From an uncultured Clostridia bacterium (lineage in GTDB: Bacteria > Bacillota > Clostridia > Christensenellales > UBA1242), in contig CAKVHT010000001.1 of the NCBI GenBank assembly GCA_934754375.1, forward strand, positions 713,548 through 777,547: 64,000 bases of DNA. Direction: 5' to 3'. Position 1 is the stretch's first letter. Every line of letters begins with the position of its first letter. Shown one piece after another: positions 35,579 to 44,508 of this stretch. The notes beneath the pieces were generated by a model that saw nothing but the letters and a program-made list of their open reading frames with translations, was not told the origin of the DNA and did no database searches. Both the position numbers and the translations under genes were made by a program.

Positions 35579-37837
35579 TTATCTTTTGCCTTTTGGTGAT
35601 TTTTTATAATATAGTTTTTTTATTGATTTTTTTGTTTGTTTTGTGTTCGCCTTAGTTTTTCCTTTGCCATTTTTTGCATAATTAGCTTTTTTTGACTTGT
35701 TGTTTTTGTTAACAACAAATGCTCCAAGTTTTAAATCCGCATTTGCAAGGGTAAAGTCAATCTGCCTTAATTGAGTGTTGCAATTGGCAACAATGATTTC
35801 TATCTTGTCGCCAATTTTATAAGTATGGGTTTGTCCATTTAGGCTCAAACTCATATCATCATACACATAGTTATCCATTGGCAGGTCTTCAGCCCTAACA
35901 AGCCCCTCAACACCATTGTCAAGTTCAACAAAGATGCCAAATTCTTGCACCCCAGAAATTGTTCCAACAAATTTTTCACCCAAGAATTTTTGCATATACA
36001 CGGCTTTTTTATAGTCATCAACTTCACGTTCTGCCTCATCTGCGTTTTTCTCGGTAACACTTGATTGTTCGCTTGCCCTTTCAACAATAGGCATATATTT
36101 TCGCTTTAATTCGTCCAAAGGCACACCATTGATAAACTGCTTGATTATGCGATGAATCATCAAGTCTGGATAGCGCCTAATTGGGCTTGTAAAATGGCAA
36201 TAATATTCACTTGCCAAACCAAAATGCCCTAAACACTGTGGACAATAGCGAGCTTTCATCATGCTTCGCAACATCAATTTTTGCATAGTTTGCTCACCAG
36301 GAAGCCCTGCAATCTTTTTTGTGATTATTTGGAAAGACATTGGTTTGTCGCCATCAACATCAAGTTGATTTGCAACCCCCATTCCGTTAAGCAGGTTTGA
36401 TATCCTTGCCAATTTGTCAGCATCAGGTTTTTCATGCACACGATAAATAAATGGCAATTTTTTGTCAAAGTAAGTTTTTGCCACACATTCATTTGCCAAC
36501 ACCATTAGACTTTCAATAATTTCATGTGCCTCATCTTGAACACGCTTTTCAATGCTGATAACTTCGCCTGCATCATTTTCCAAGATAAAAGGTTCTGGCA
36601 AATTAAATCTAATTTCACCACGTGCTTCACGGATTTTTTTCAGTTTGTTTGATATTTCTTGATATGTTAAAATATCCTTATATACATCGGCATATTTATC
36701 AATCAAAAGTGGGTCGCCAGCCAAAATATTCATAACTTCGGTATAAGTCATGCGATGCGATGAACAAATCACAGCTTCTCTTACATTGCTTGAAATCACA
36801 TTTGCGTCTTTATCAAGCAATATTTCAACCGATAAAGTCAATCGATTGGCACCTTCGTTAAGCGAGCATATTCCGTTTGATAGTTCTTTTGGAAGCATTG
36901 GTATAACCTGATTTGGGAAATACACACTTGTGCCTCTATCGTAAGCAGATTTGTCAAGCGCTGAATTTTCAACCACATAATTGCTAACATCTGCAATATG
37001 GACATACAATTTATAGCCTTCTTTCACTTGTTCGACAGACAACGCATCATCAAAATCTCTTGCATCTTCACCATCAATTGTTATAACCTTGTGTTTTGTG
37101 TAATCTACACGTTTTTTGAAGCTTTTCAAGTCCACAGTCTGATTTATTTTTTTTGCCTCGTCCAGAACTTTTGGTTCAAATTTATCAATTAGGTTGAAAG
37201 AACGAATAATTGATAATTGTTCTGCTTTTGGTTGGTTTGCTTTGCCCAAAATTTCAACAATCTTGCCACGTGCCATATTGCCACCAACACTGTCCAAATC
37301 TAATTCAACCCACACTTTTTGATTGTTTTGAGCATTCAAAGAATTGCCTTTAAAAATCCTAATTTGAGGCAATCTAGGGTCATCTGGGAAAACAACATCT
37401 TTTGACTTGCCTGTAATAAATGTTCCAACAACATGTGTTGTGTTCCTTTTAAGCACTTTCACAACCCTGGCTTCAATATCTTGTGATGATTTTGTGTTTG
37501 TTATTTCAACCAAGCATAAATCACCATCTAATGCGCCATTAACAGCAAGTGCAGGTATAAAAAAGTCAGGATAATTTTCCACTTTGGCAAAACCATAACC
37601 CTTTTTGTTTATGCTGATTATGCCTTTTAAATACCCCCTATCCGCTGAAATAGAAACTTTGTTTTTATTGTCTAAAAACAAACTACCGTCTTGAATCAAA
37701 CTTACTATATTGTTTTTAACATCAATTTCGGCTTCTTTTGTAAAAGTTGCCAACTTTTTTGCCAAACTATCTATTGTTGAATAACTTAATTTATTTTGTC
37801 TTATCAATTCTATATAATTTAAATTCATATCAAACAT
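35579..37837 (-). CDS. rnr: Ribonuclease R
   Basis: 752 aa with cold-shock-like N-domains, an RNB core (ITIDGEDARDFDDALS, HFGL...YCHFTSPIRRYPDL), an S1 domain and a Lys-rich tail. Confidence 0.93.
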   Translation of the reverse strand: MFDMNLNYIELIRQNKLSYSTIDSLAKKLATFTKEAEIDVKNNIVSLIQDGSLFLDNKNKVSISADRGYLKGIISINKKGYGFAKVENYPDFFIPALAVNGALDGDLCLVEITNTKSSQDIEARVVKVLKRNTTHVVGTFITGKSKDVVFPDDPRLPQIRIFKGNSLNAQNNQKVWVELDLDSVGGNMARGKIVEILGKANQPKAEQLSIIRSFNLIDKFEPKVLDEAKKINQTVDLKSFKKRVDYTKHKVITIDGEDARDFDDALSVEQVKEGYKLYVHIADVSNYVVENSALDKSAYDRGTSVYFPNQVIPMLPKELSNGICSLNEGANRLTLSVEILLDKDANVISSNVREAVICSSHRMTYTEVMNILAGDPLLIDKYADVYKDILTYQEISNKLKKIREARGEIRFNLPEPFILENDAGEVISIEKRVQDEAHEIIESLMVLANECVAKTYFDKKLPFIYRVHEKPDADKLARISNLLNGMGVANQLDVDGDKPMSFQIITKKIAGLPGEQTMQKLMLRSMMKARYCPQCLGHFGLASEYYCHFTSPIRRYPDLMIHRIIKQFINGVPLDELKRKYMPIVERASEQSSVTEKNADEAEREVDDYKKAVYMQKFLGEKFVGTISGVQEFGIFVELDNGVEGLVRAEDLPMDNYVYDDMSLSLNGQTHTYKIGDKIEIIVANCNTQLRQIDFTLANADLKLGAFVVNKNNKSKKANYAKNGKGKTKANTKQTKKSIKKLYYKKSPKGKR

Positions 37838-37910
37838 TTTAACAAATTTATAAAAAATTACAAATCAAAAACATATTATTAATATAATATTTTGGTTGCA
37901 AATTAATAAC

Positions 37911-37936
37911 AAAAAAGGCTCGATTGAGCCTTTTTT
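37911..37936 (-). terminator. Intrinsic terminator after secG
   Basis: AAAAAAGGCTC-aatc-GAGCCTTTTTT on the minus strand, 4 nt after the stop at 37940. Confidence 0.75.
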
Positions 37937-37939
37937 GTA

Positions 37940-38242
37940 TTAAAACATAGTTGGTATTTTAACCAATAAGCAATATACAATGATAAAGAACACGATAATA
38001 CCAGCAATGATGTAACACATTTTTGTGATACGTCCTTCACGAGAGCCACCCTTGTTTTGTGAATAATAACTATCTTGATTGCCGGTTAAAACATTGCCAT
38101 AGTTATCATCGCCTGATATTTGCATAAACACCAAAACAATAAGTGCCAAAGCAAGCAAAGCCAAGATAACCAAACAAATGCTTTGAAGCACTGGGAATGA
38201 CTTTGTAATCCATTGTGGAACTGTTCCTAAAATATAACTCAT
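37940..38242 (-). CDS. secG: Preprotein translocase subunit SecG (probable)
   Basis: Two-TM protein with LIVLVFMQISG (compare the LLQ..KG motif) and GSREGRITKMCYIIAGIIVFFI. Conserved secG-rnr-smpB synteny of Firmicutes. Confidence 0.65.
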   Translation of the reverse strand: MSYILGTVPQWITKSFPVLQSICLVILALLALALIVLVFMQISGDDNYGNVLTGNQDSYYSQNKGGSREGRITKMCYIIAGIIVFFIIVYCLLVKIPTMF

Positions 38243-38352
38243 AAATCCTCCGCAAAATGTTAGAAAATGTTGAATGATAAGGTCAATTCAACTTTTTGTG
38301 CTTTGCGTATTATAGCACACACACAAAATATTGACAAGTAAAAATTCTAAAA

Positions 38353-38574
38353 TTAATGTCTAATATATGTTAAAAATATTAAGAAAGCAAAAAGCAAAAT
38401 GGCCAAGATTAAAAAACTGATTTTTTCAAAAGTTTTTTGTGTTCCATTGTGGGCTTTAAAAAACTTCATAACACATAGCAAGCCACATGCAAGCAACACA
38501 AACCAAATCGTTGCAAACCATAATGGTTGCATTGATTGAAAAAAGTTTACAACTTGATAATACGCAGATTTCAT
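38353..38574 (-). CDS. Small membrane protein (hypothetical)
   Basis: 73 aa with two predicted TM helices. Confidence 0.5.
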   Translation of the reverse strand: MKSAYYQVVNFFQSMQPLWFATIWFVLLACGLLCVMKFFKAHNGTQKTFEKISFLILAILLFAFLIFLTYIRH

Positions 38575-38650
38575 AATTTATCCTTTGTTTTATTTTAACA
38601 AACATTTAGATATTTGTCAATGTTAAAAATTTTCTTAATTAAAATTTAAT

Positions 38651-40123
38651 TTATTTCAGCAAGGTTGTTCCTTCAAAAAACTTGTTTGGTTCAACCCCCA
38701 TAAGATCAAGGAAAGTTGGAGCAACATCTTTAAGCCCACCTTGTGGCTTTAATTTATGATTTTCACTATCCACAATTGCAAACATCACTTTGTTTAAGGT
38801 GTGTGCATAGTGTGCTTCACCATTTGGATATCTCATTTGTTCGCTATTGCCATGGTCGGCGGTTATAATCATAAAATAGCCATATTTTTTTGCTGTCTCC
38901 GCAATCATCTTCAACCTTCCGTCAAGATATTCAAGTGATGTAACAACTGCATCATAATCGCCTGTATGTCCAATCATATCAGGGTTTGAAAAGTTCACGA
39001 TTATTGCATCATATCCATCTTTGATTGCCTCAACTGTTTCATCTGCAATTTTGCCCGCTTGCATAAGTGGTGTTTTATTGAATTTATCGATTTTTATTGT
39101 TGGCACATGAATACGATCTTCTCCTTTAAAAGGAGGTTCATATCCGCCATTTAAAAAATAAGTCACATGGGCATATTTTGTTGATTCGCTTATTTTAATT
39201 TGTTTCAATCCCAACATTGACAAATATTCACTTAAAGTGTTTTTAACAACAGTTTTAGGATATAAAATATCTGTTTTTGCAGTTGCAACATCTGCCATTG
39301 TGGCAATTTTCGCTGGTCTACCAGACATAATTTTGACAATTTGACGCAATCTATCTTCTCTAAAATTGAAAAAAAATAGATAATCATTTTCAGTTAAACT
39401 AAATTGTTCTTTTGTTTGAACATGAGTAGGTAACACATATTCATCAGTGTTGCCAATTTTATGCTGGTTTGTTAAATACTTTTCAACCTCTTCATTTTTT
39501 ATACCATTCACATCATCAAACATTGCCTTCACAGCCAATTCCGTGCGGTCGTAGTTGCTTTCTCTATCCATTGCATACCACCTACCACCAATGCTAGCAA
39601 TTTCGCAGTTGGGTATATCTTGCATGTTTTTGCGCAAAACTTTTAAATATTTTAAACTATCAGCACTTCCACAATCTCTGCCGTCTGTGATTAGGTGCAA
39701 ATAAATATGTTTTGCTTTTGTTGCAAACACTTTCATCAATTCATAACAATGTTGAATGTTGCTGTGAACATCTTTATCACTAATCATACCAATCAAATGG
39801 ATATCTCCATTATGTTGTTTAACGTAATGTTCAACTTTCAACAAAACTTGATTTTGTCTGAATTTTCCAGACAAAATTTCATCTCTAATAAGTTTTGCTG
39901 TTGATGGCACAATTCTACCAGAGCCAATTGTTAAATGTCCCACTTCGCTTCCGCCCATTTCACCGGCAAAAAGTCCAACCGCTTCACCATCAGTTTTCAG
40001 CAATGACATATTGCTTTTTAAACTATCTAGAAAAGGTGTTTTTGCATTTGCCACAGCATTGAACTTATCCGGCTTGCCTTCACCATATCCATCTAAAATT
40101 ATCAATAAACCCTTTTTGAACAT
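38651..40123 (-). CDS. gpmI: 2,3-bisphosphoglycerate-independent phosphoglycerate mutase
   Basis: LIILDGYGEG, SEVGHLTIGSGR, ITDGRD and ITADHGN motifs. 490 aa. Confidence 0.93.
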   Translation of the reverse strand: MFKKGLLIILDGYGEGKPDKFNAVANAKTPFLDSLKSNMSLLKTDGEAVGLFAGEMGGSEVGHLTIGSGRIVPSTAKLIRDEILSGKFRQNQVLLKVEHYVKQHNGDIHLIGMISDKDVHSNIQHCYELMKVFATKAKHIYLHLITDGRDCGSADSLKYLKVLRKNMQDIPNCEIASIGGRWYAMDRESNYDRTELAVKAMFDDVNGIKNEEVEKYLTNQHKIGNTDEYVLPTHVQTKEQFSLTENDYLFFFNFREDRLRQIVKIMSGRPAKIATMADVATAKTDILYPKTVVKNTLSEYLSMLGLKQIKISESTKYAHVTYFLNGGYEPPFKGEDRIHVPTIKIDKFNKTPLMQAGKIADETVEAIKDGYDAIIVNFSNPDMIGHTGDYDAVVTSLEYLDGRLKMIAETAKKYGYFMIITADHGNSEQMRYPNGEAHYAHTLNKVMFAIVDSENHKLKPQGGLKDVAPTFLDLMGVEPNKFFEGTTLLK

Positions 40124-40170
40124 ATTCCCCCATTATTAATAGAAAAGGACACATTGCTGTGTCCGTTTCT

Positions 40171-41352
40171 TTAAACATCTTCAATAACTTCAACACATGG
40201 CAATTTTTTGCCTTGAAGCAATATCAAACTTGCACCGCCACCAGTTGATAAATGTGTTATTTTTTTAGCATATCCCAAATTTTGGATTGCAGCAATGCTA
40301 TCTCCACCGCCAATCAATGTAACAGCTTTGCTTTTTGCAACATATTTTGCAATCTTGTTTGTTCCCTTGCGGAAGCGGTCATATTCATAAACGCCTAAAG
40401 GTCCGTTCCATACAATAGTTTTTGCCTTTTTAATTGCATGTTTAAACATTTTTATTGTTTTTGGGCCAATATCCATACCTTGGTATGCTTCATCAAAGAA
40501 ACCGCTCATGAAACGTTTGCTGTCGGCATCTTCGCAAAATTCTTTTGCACCAATGTTATCAATAGGCAAAATCACCTTGACACCTTTCTCTTTGGCTTTA
40601 TCCAAAATCTCTTTGGCAAGTTCAAGTTTTGTGTTGTCAACAATCGAGTTACCAACCGCCCCTCCAATTGCCTTTACAAATGTGTATGACATTCCGCCAC
40701 CAATCAATATAGTGTCTGCCACATCAAGCAAATTTTCAACAACAGGAAGTTTGTCAGAAACTTTTGCCCCACCCAAAATCGCAACAAAAGGGTGTGAAGG
40801 ATTTGTCATCACCTTATCAAACATTTCAAGTTCCTGTTCAACCAAAAAGCCGATGGCATTTGGCAACAATTTAGAAACACCATAAGTTGACGCATGTTTG
40901 CGATGTGCGGTTGCAAATGCTTCAAACACATAGACATCAGCAAGTTCAGCCAAACGAGCTGCAAATTCTGCATTATTCTTTTCTTCTTCTGGATAAAAGC
41001 GGATATTTTCAAGCATAAGGATATCGCCCTCATGCATTTTATCAATCATTTCCTTTGTGTTGTCAGATAAAACATCTTCAGCAAAAGAAACAGGCTTGTC
41101 CAACAATTTGCTTAATCTTGAAAGCACTGGCCTCAATGACAATTTGCTGTCAACCTGACCATTTGGTCTGCCCAGGTGTGAACAAATGATTACCTTTGCG
41201 TTGTGTTCCAACAAATAATTGATGGTTGGCAAAGTTGCAACAATGCGCTCATCATCAACAATTTTCAAATCATTGTTAATTGGCACATTATAGTCCACTC
41301 TTAAAAGCACACGTTTGTTTGTAACATCAATATCTCTAATTGTTCTTTTCAT
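40171..41352 (-). CDS. pgk: Phosphoglycerate kinase
   Basis: RVDYNVP, SHLGRP, FEAFATAHR, GGAKVSDK and STGGGASL motifs. 393 aa. Confidence 0.95.
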   Translation of the reverse strand: MKRTIRDIDVTNKRVLLRVDYNVPINNDLKIVDDERIVATLPTINYLLEHNAKVIICSHLGRPNGQVDSKLSLRPVLSRLSKLLDKPVSFAEDVLSDNTKEMIDKMHEGDILMLENIRFYPEEEKNNAEFAARLAELADVYVFEAFATAHRKHASTYGVSKLLPNAIGFLVEQELEMFDKVMTNPSHPFVAILGGAKVSDKLPVVENLLDVADTILIGGGMSYTFVKAIGGAVGNSIVDNTKLELAKEILDKAKEKGVKVILPIDNIGAKEFCEDADSKRFMSGFFDEAYQGMDIGPKTIKMFKHAIKKAKTIVWNGPLGVYEYDRFRKGTNKIAKYVAKSKAVTLIGGGDSIAAIQNLGYAKKITHLSTGGGASLILLQGKKLPCVEVIEDV

Positions 41353-41607
41353 TTTAACTCCAAGAATTGTTTTTATCTTGCAAAAGCATAGATGGCTTAA
41401 ATATACAATCCACCCAAATTATATACACTCATAATAACATACCAAAAAAAATTTTCAAAATAATTTTTTACAAAAATATTAAATTTGTAAAATATTTTTA
41501 AATCAAGTCAAAAATCCACTTGACTTTGTACAATCGATACATTGATTTATATTAATTTCACACGTACTTTATGCAAAATTCTTCAAAATACAACATAAAT
41601 ATACAAA

Positions 41608-42138
41608 TCAAAATTTAATGGTATTGACCTTATAATTAAATTTTATCAGTTTTCTATTTTTAACAAAATCTACACCATGATTGTTGATAAATAAATATAT
41701 TTTATTCTTTGAACAATGTGACAAATTAGGCACCGCCTTTGAATCAAATATAATTTTATGATTATCTCCAAAATGCGTAAAATTATTGCCAACAACAAAA
41801 TTGGAAAATTTATAAGTTTCAGCAAAGGACGATTTATCAAAACAAATTTTTGCGCCTATATTCAAACTGGAAATGCTAATATCTTTTCCGTTAGTTACAA
41901 TTAGAGACCTAATTTTCTCTCCTTTTTCAATGATGTTTACACCTGCAACAACAACCGTGTTTAAATTCTGTGCCAAAGATAGCAGTTCATTTATCACGAC
42001 ATCATAATTTTTGTTTGAAAAATCAATGTCGTAAATAATTCCGTAATTAAATATTAATAAATCGCAACTTTTTAAATTTACGTAATAATTTAAATAAAAG
42101 GATTTATAACTGCCACCAGAAACACAAACAATTTTCAT
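41608..42138 (-). CDS. Hypothetical protein
   Basis: 176-aa ORF downstream of the ArsR regulator. I recognise no family. Confidence 0.55.
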   Translation of the reverse strand: MKIVCVSGGSYKSFYLNYYVNLKSCDLLIFNYGIIYDIDFSNKNYDVVINELLSLAQNLNTVVVAGVNIIEKGEKIRSLIVTNGKDISISSLNIGAKICFDKSSFAETYKFSNFVVGNNFTHFGDNHKIIFDSKAVPNLSHCSKNKIYLFINNHGVDFVKNRKLIKFNYKVNTIKF

Positions 42139-42210
42139 AAAATATTATATGAAAAAATATTTGTTTTTGAATTATTGTTGATATGTAAATTGATTTATCA
42201 AAAATAAAAC

Positions 42211-42525
42211 TTATAAGCACTCAACCCCTGCATTAAGCACATTTTCAATATCATTATTTTGAATATAATAAACTATATTTTTGCCTTCCCTTGTGTTTTC
42301 AACAATGTTAAGTGATTTTAATATTTTTAACTGATGGCTTATTGTTGTTTGGTTTGATTCAAGAACAACAGCAATGTCTCCAACGCAAAGTGGTTTTATG
42401 GTTAAAAGTATTATTATTTTAAGCCTAGTATCATCACTGAACGCATAAAAAAAATTAGCAAAATTTTTCAGTTGTCCATTTTGTGGTAAATGTTTTTTTA
42501 AATTTATTTCTTCACTTATATCCAT
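42211..42525 (-). CDS. ArsR/SmtB-family transcriptional regulator
   Basis: FYAFSDDTRLKIIILLTIKPLCVGDIAVVLESNQTTISHQLKILKSLNIV is a winged HTH of the ArsR type. Confidence 0.85.
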   Translation of the reverse strand: MDISEEINLKKHLPQNGQLKNFANFFYAFSDDTRLKIIILLTIKPLCVGDIAVVLESNQTTISHQLKILKSLNIVENTREGKNIVYYIQNNDIENVLNAGVECL

Positions 42526-42628
42526 ATTTTGATTTTAACAAAGCGATATTCTTTGGAAAAACTTTCACAATGTTTTTTGATGTCGAATAAATACAAATAA
42601 CATAAAAATTTAAATAAGGAGCAAGAAA

Positions 42629-42823
42629 ATGAATATAAATGCATTTTATATTTTGTTCGCAATTCTTATTGCGATAATTGCACAAGCGACAAATACCGAT
42701 TTAGCCAACAATACAACATTTTTGCTTTTGTTATTGCTTGCATTGGGTGCGTATGGTCAAAGCAGTAATAATAACAATAATCAAAATTGTTATGTTTATG
42801 GGCAACAACGCAGTTTTATTTAA
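42629..42823 (+). CDS. Small hydrophobic protein (64 aa) with an Asn-rich tail
   Basis: Strong AAGGAG SD. Two hydrophobic segments, then GQSSNNNNNQNCYVYGQQRSFI. Confidence 0.55.
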   Translation: MNINAFYILFAILIAIIAQATNTDLANNTTFLLLLLLALGAYGQSSNNNNNQNCYVYGQQRSFI

Positions 42824-42902
42824 ATTATAAAAATAATTATTTCAAAAATAATAAATTTAATTAAAAAACATTAAATTTTAAATTAAAAACAATATTTTAC
42901 AT

Positions 42903-42931
42903 AAAAAAATCCACAAATTGTGGATTTTTTA
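42903..42931. terminator. Bidirectional intrinsic terminator
   Basis: AAAAAAATCCACA-aat-TGTGGATTTTTT, with the same 7-bp stem sequence as the terminator at 3020-3050. Confidence 0.75.
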
Positions 42932-42953
42932 TTAATTTATATTTATTTTGTTT

Positions 42954-44003
42954 TTAATTTTCAAAATAATTTATTCCCATATTTGTTTTCATTTTCATTA
43001 AATTAGCATAGGCAACTTTTCTTGCCTTTTCTGTGCCGGCACGCAAAATTTCAAAAACATTTTCAGGGTGTTGAGCCAATTCTTTTCTTCTTTCACGTAT
43101 TGGTTGCAAAAGTTCTTGAAGAATGTTGTTTAAGAATTTTTTAATTTTCATATCACCCAAACCACCGCGCATATAGTGGGCTTTTAATTCTTCTAGAGAT
43201 GAATATTCTGGCAAGTATTTTTCAAAATGTTCAGGTTTACAGAACACATCAAGATAAGTAAACACGGTGTTACCTTCAACTTTGCCAGGATCTTCCAAAT
43301 GCACATGATTTGGGTCAGTGTACATTGAAAAAACTTTTTGTTTAATCACGTCAGGCTCATCACAAAGATAAATGCAATTGCCAAGTGATTTACTCATTTT
43401 GGCTTTTCCGTCAATGCCAACCAATCTATAGCAACTTTCTTTTTCTGGCAAAACAGCTTGAGGTTCAATCAAAGTTTCACCATAAAGATTATTAAATGAA
43501 CGCACAATCTCTCTTGCCTGTTCTATCATTGGCAATTGGTCATCGCCAACAGGAATTACATTTGCGTTAAATGCGGTTATGTCAGCTGTTTGACTTACTG
43601 GATATGTTAAAAATCCCATAGGTATTGCACCACTAAAATCTTTGGATTTAAGTTCCTCTTTAACGGTAGGGTTTCGCTCAAGCCTTGCAAGTGTAACAAG
43701 GTTCATATAATAAAAAGTAAACTCAGTCAACTCGCTCACTTCACTTTGCACAAAAAATGTAACCTTGTTTGGATCAAGCCCTACAGACAAATAGTCCAAC
43801 ATCACATTAAGAACATTGTCCCTAACCTTTTGAACATTGCCAAAGTTATCAGTTAATGCTTGGCTATCAGCTAACATCACATAAAATTCATCATAGCCAC
43901 CTTTGTTTTGCAATTCTATCCTTCTCATCAAACTTCCAACATAGTGACCTATATGCAAATTGCCAGTTGGTCTATCGCCAGTTAAAATAATTTTTTTATT
44001 CAT
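42954..44003 (-). CDS. trpS: Tryptophan--tRNA ligase
   Basis: ILTGDRPTGNLHIGHYVGSL (HIGH) and KMSKSLGN (KMSKS). 349 aa. Confidence 0.93.
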   Translation of the reverse strand: MNKKIILTGDRPTGNLHIGHYVGSLMRRIELQNKGGYDEFYVMLADSQALTDNFGNVQKVRDNVLNVMLDYLSVGLDPNKVTFFVQSEVSELTEFTFYYMNLVTLARLERNPTVKEELKSKDFSGAIPMGFLTYPVSQTADITAFNANVIPVGDDQLPMIEQAREIVRSFNNLYGETLIEPQAVLPEKESCYRLVGIDGKAKMSKSLGNCIYLCDEPDVIKQKVFSMYTDPNHVHLEDPGKVEGNTVFTYLDVFCKPEHFEKYLPEYSSLEELKAHYMRGGLGDMKIKKFLNNILQELLQPIRERRKELAQHPENVFEILRAGTEKARKVAYANLMKMKTNMGINYFEN

Positions 44004-44062
44004 AAATTTCTCCTTAAATTTTAATTGTTAATATTAATTTTTTATTATTAAAATAATTTTTT

Positions 44063-44125
44063 ATTGTGTAAAATATTTTCTATTGTGTAAAATATTTTCT
44101 ATTGTGTAAAATATTTTCTATTGTT
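44063..44125. repeat. 19-bp tandem repeat, 3.3 copies, between the leader terminator and the trpS start
   Basis: attgtgtaaaatattttct at 44063-44081, 44082-44100 and 44101-44119, plus a partial fourth unit. Each unit contains the palindrome AAAATATTTT. Confidence 0.95.
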
Positions 44126-44261
44126 TATTAATAAAATAGTTTTATATATTTTGTTGCCGTATTAATATATTTAATTTTAGAATTTAAATAATTGTTTAGT
44201 TTTTTTATTTTTTTGAATAATAATTGTTATTTAATTTTATTTTTAATATATTTATTTTAAT

Positions 44262-44303
44262 TAAAATAAAAAACTCAACATACCATAAAAACATGTTGAG
44301 TTT
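44262..44303 (-). terminator. Strong intrinsic terminator inside the trpS 5' leader (attenuator)
   Basis: Minus strand: AAACTCAACAT-gtttttatggt-ATGTTGAGTTT followed by TTTATTTT. An 11-bp perfect stem about 260 nt upstream of the trpS ATG. Confidence 0.85.
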
Positions 44304-44461
44304 ATAATCAAAAGTTTTCGTGGCGCACAAAATACCACTTACACACTGTGTAAGAATATTTACCAAATACGCCAACTTAATCTTTTCATATTATCTCCTA
44401 AAATTTAAAGCAGATTGCTTAAATCTATTTAAATGTTATCAAATAAACATTTATATGTCAA
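44304..44461 (-). promoter_or_regulatory. trpS leader: promoter plus a Trp-codon mini-ORF and hairpin (candidate Trp-responsive attenuator)
   Basis: TTGACA (44461-44456), 17-nt spacer, TGaTAACAT. AGGAG SD (44399-44395). Mini-ORF 44389-44360: ATG AAA AGA TTA AGT TGG CGT ATT TGG TAA (MKRLSWRIW). Both UGG codons sit in the 5' arm of an imperfect long hairpin (UGGCGUA/UGCGCCA, AAAUA/UAUUU, CUUACAC/GUGUAAG). Confidence 0.5.
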
Positions 44462-44508
44462 GGCTTTTGTAAAATTTATCGATTTATATTTAGCTGGTTT
44501 GACTATTC

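Noticed and set aside
44063-44125. Possible CRISPR array (also considered for 22159-22191 and 6901-7010)
   Set aside because: The units are directly abutting (no spacers), only 11-30 bp long, with 3-4 copies. They are simple tandem repeats, and there are no cas genes in the window.
44304-44350. T-box riboswitch call for the trpS leader (GUGGUA element at about 44337-44332)
   Set aside because: Kept only as an alternative hypothesis. The leader is short. It lacks recognisable Stem I AG-bulge and distal-loop motifs and the canonical GGUGGUACCGCG box, and both UGG triplets are followed by a pyrimidine. A covariance-model scan is needed to settle it.
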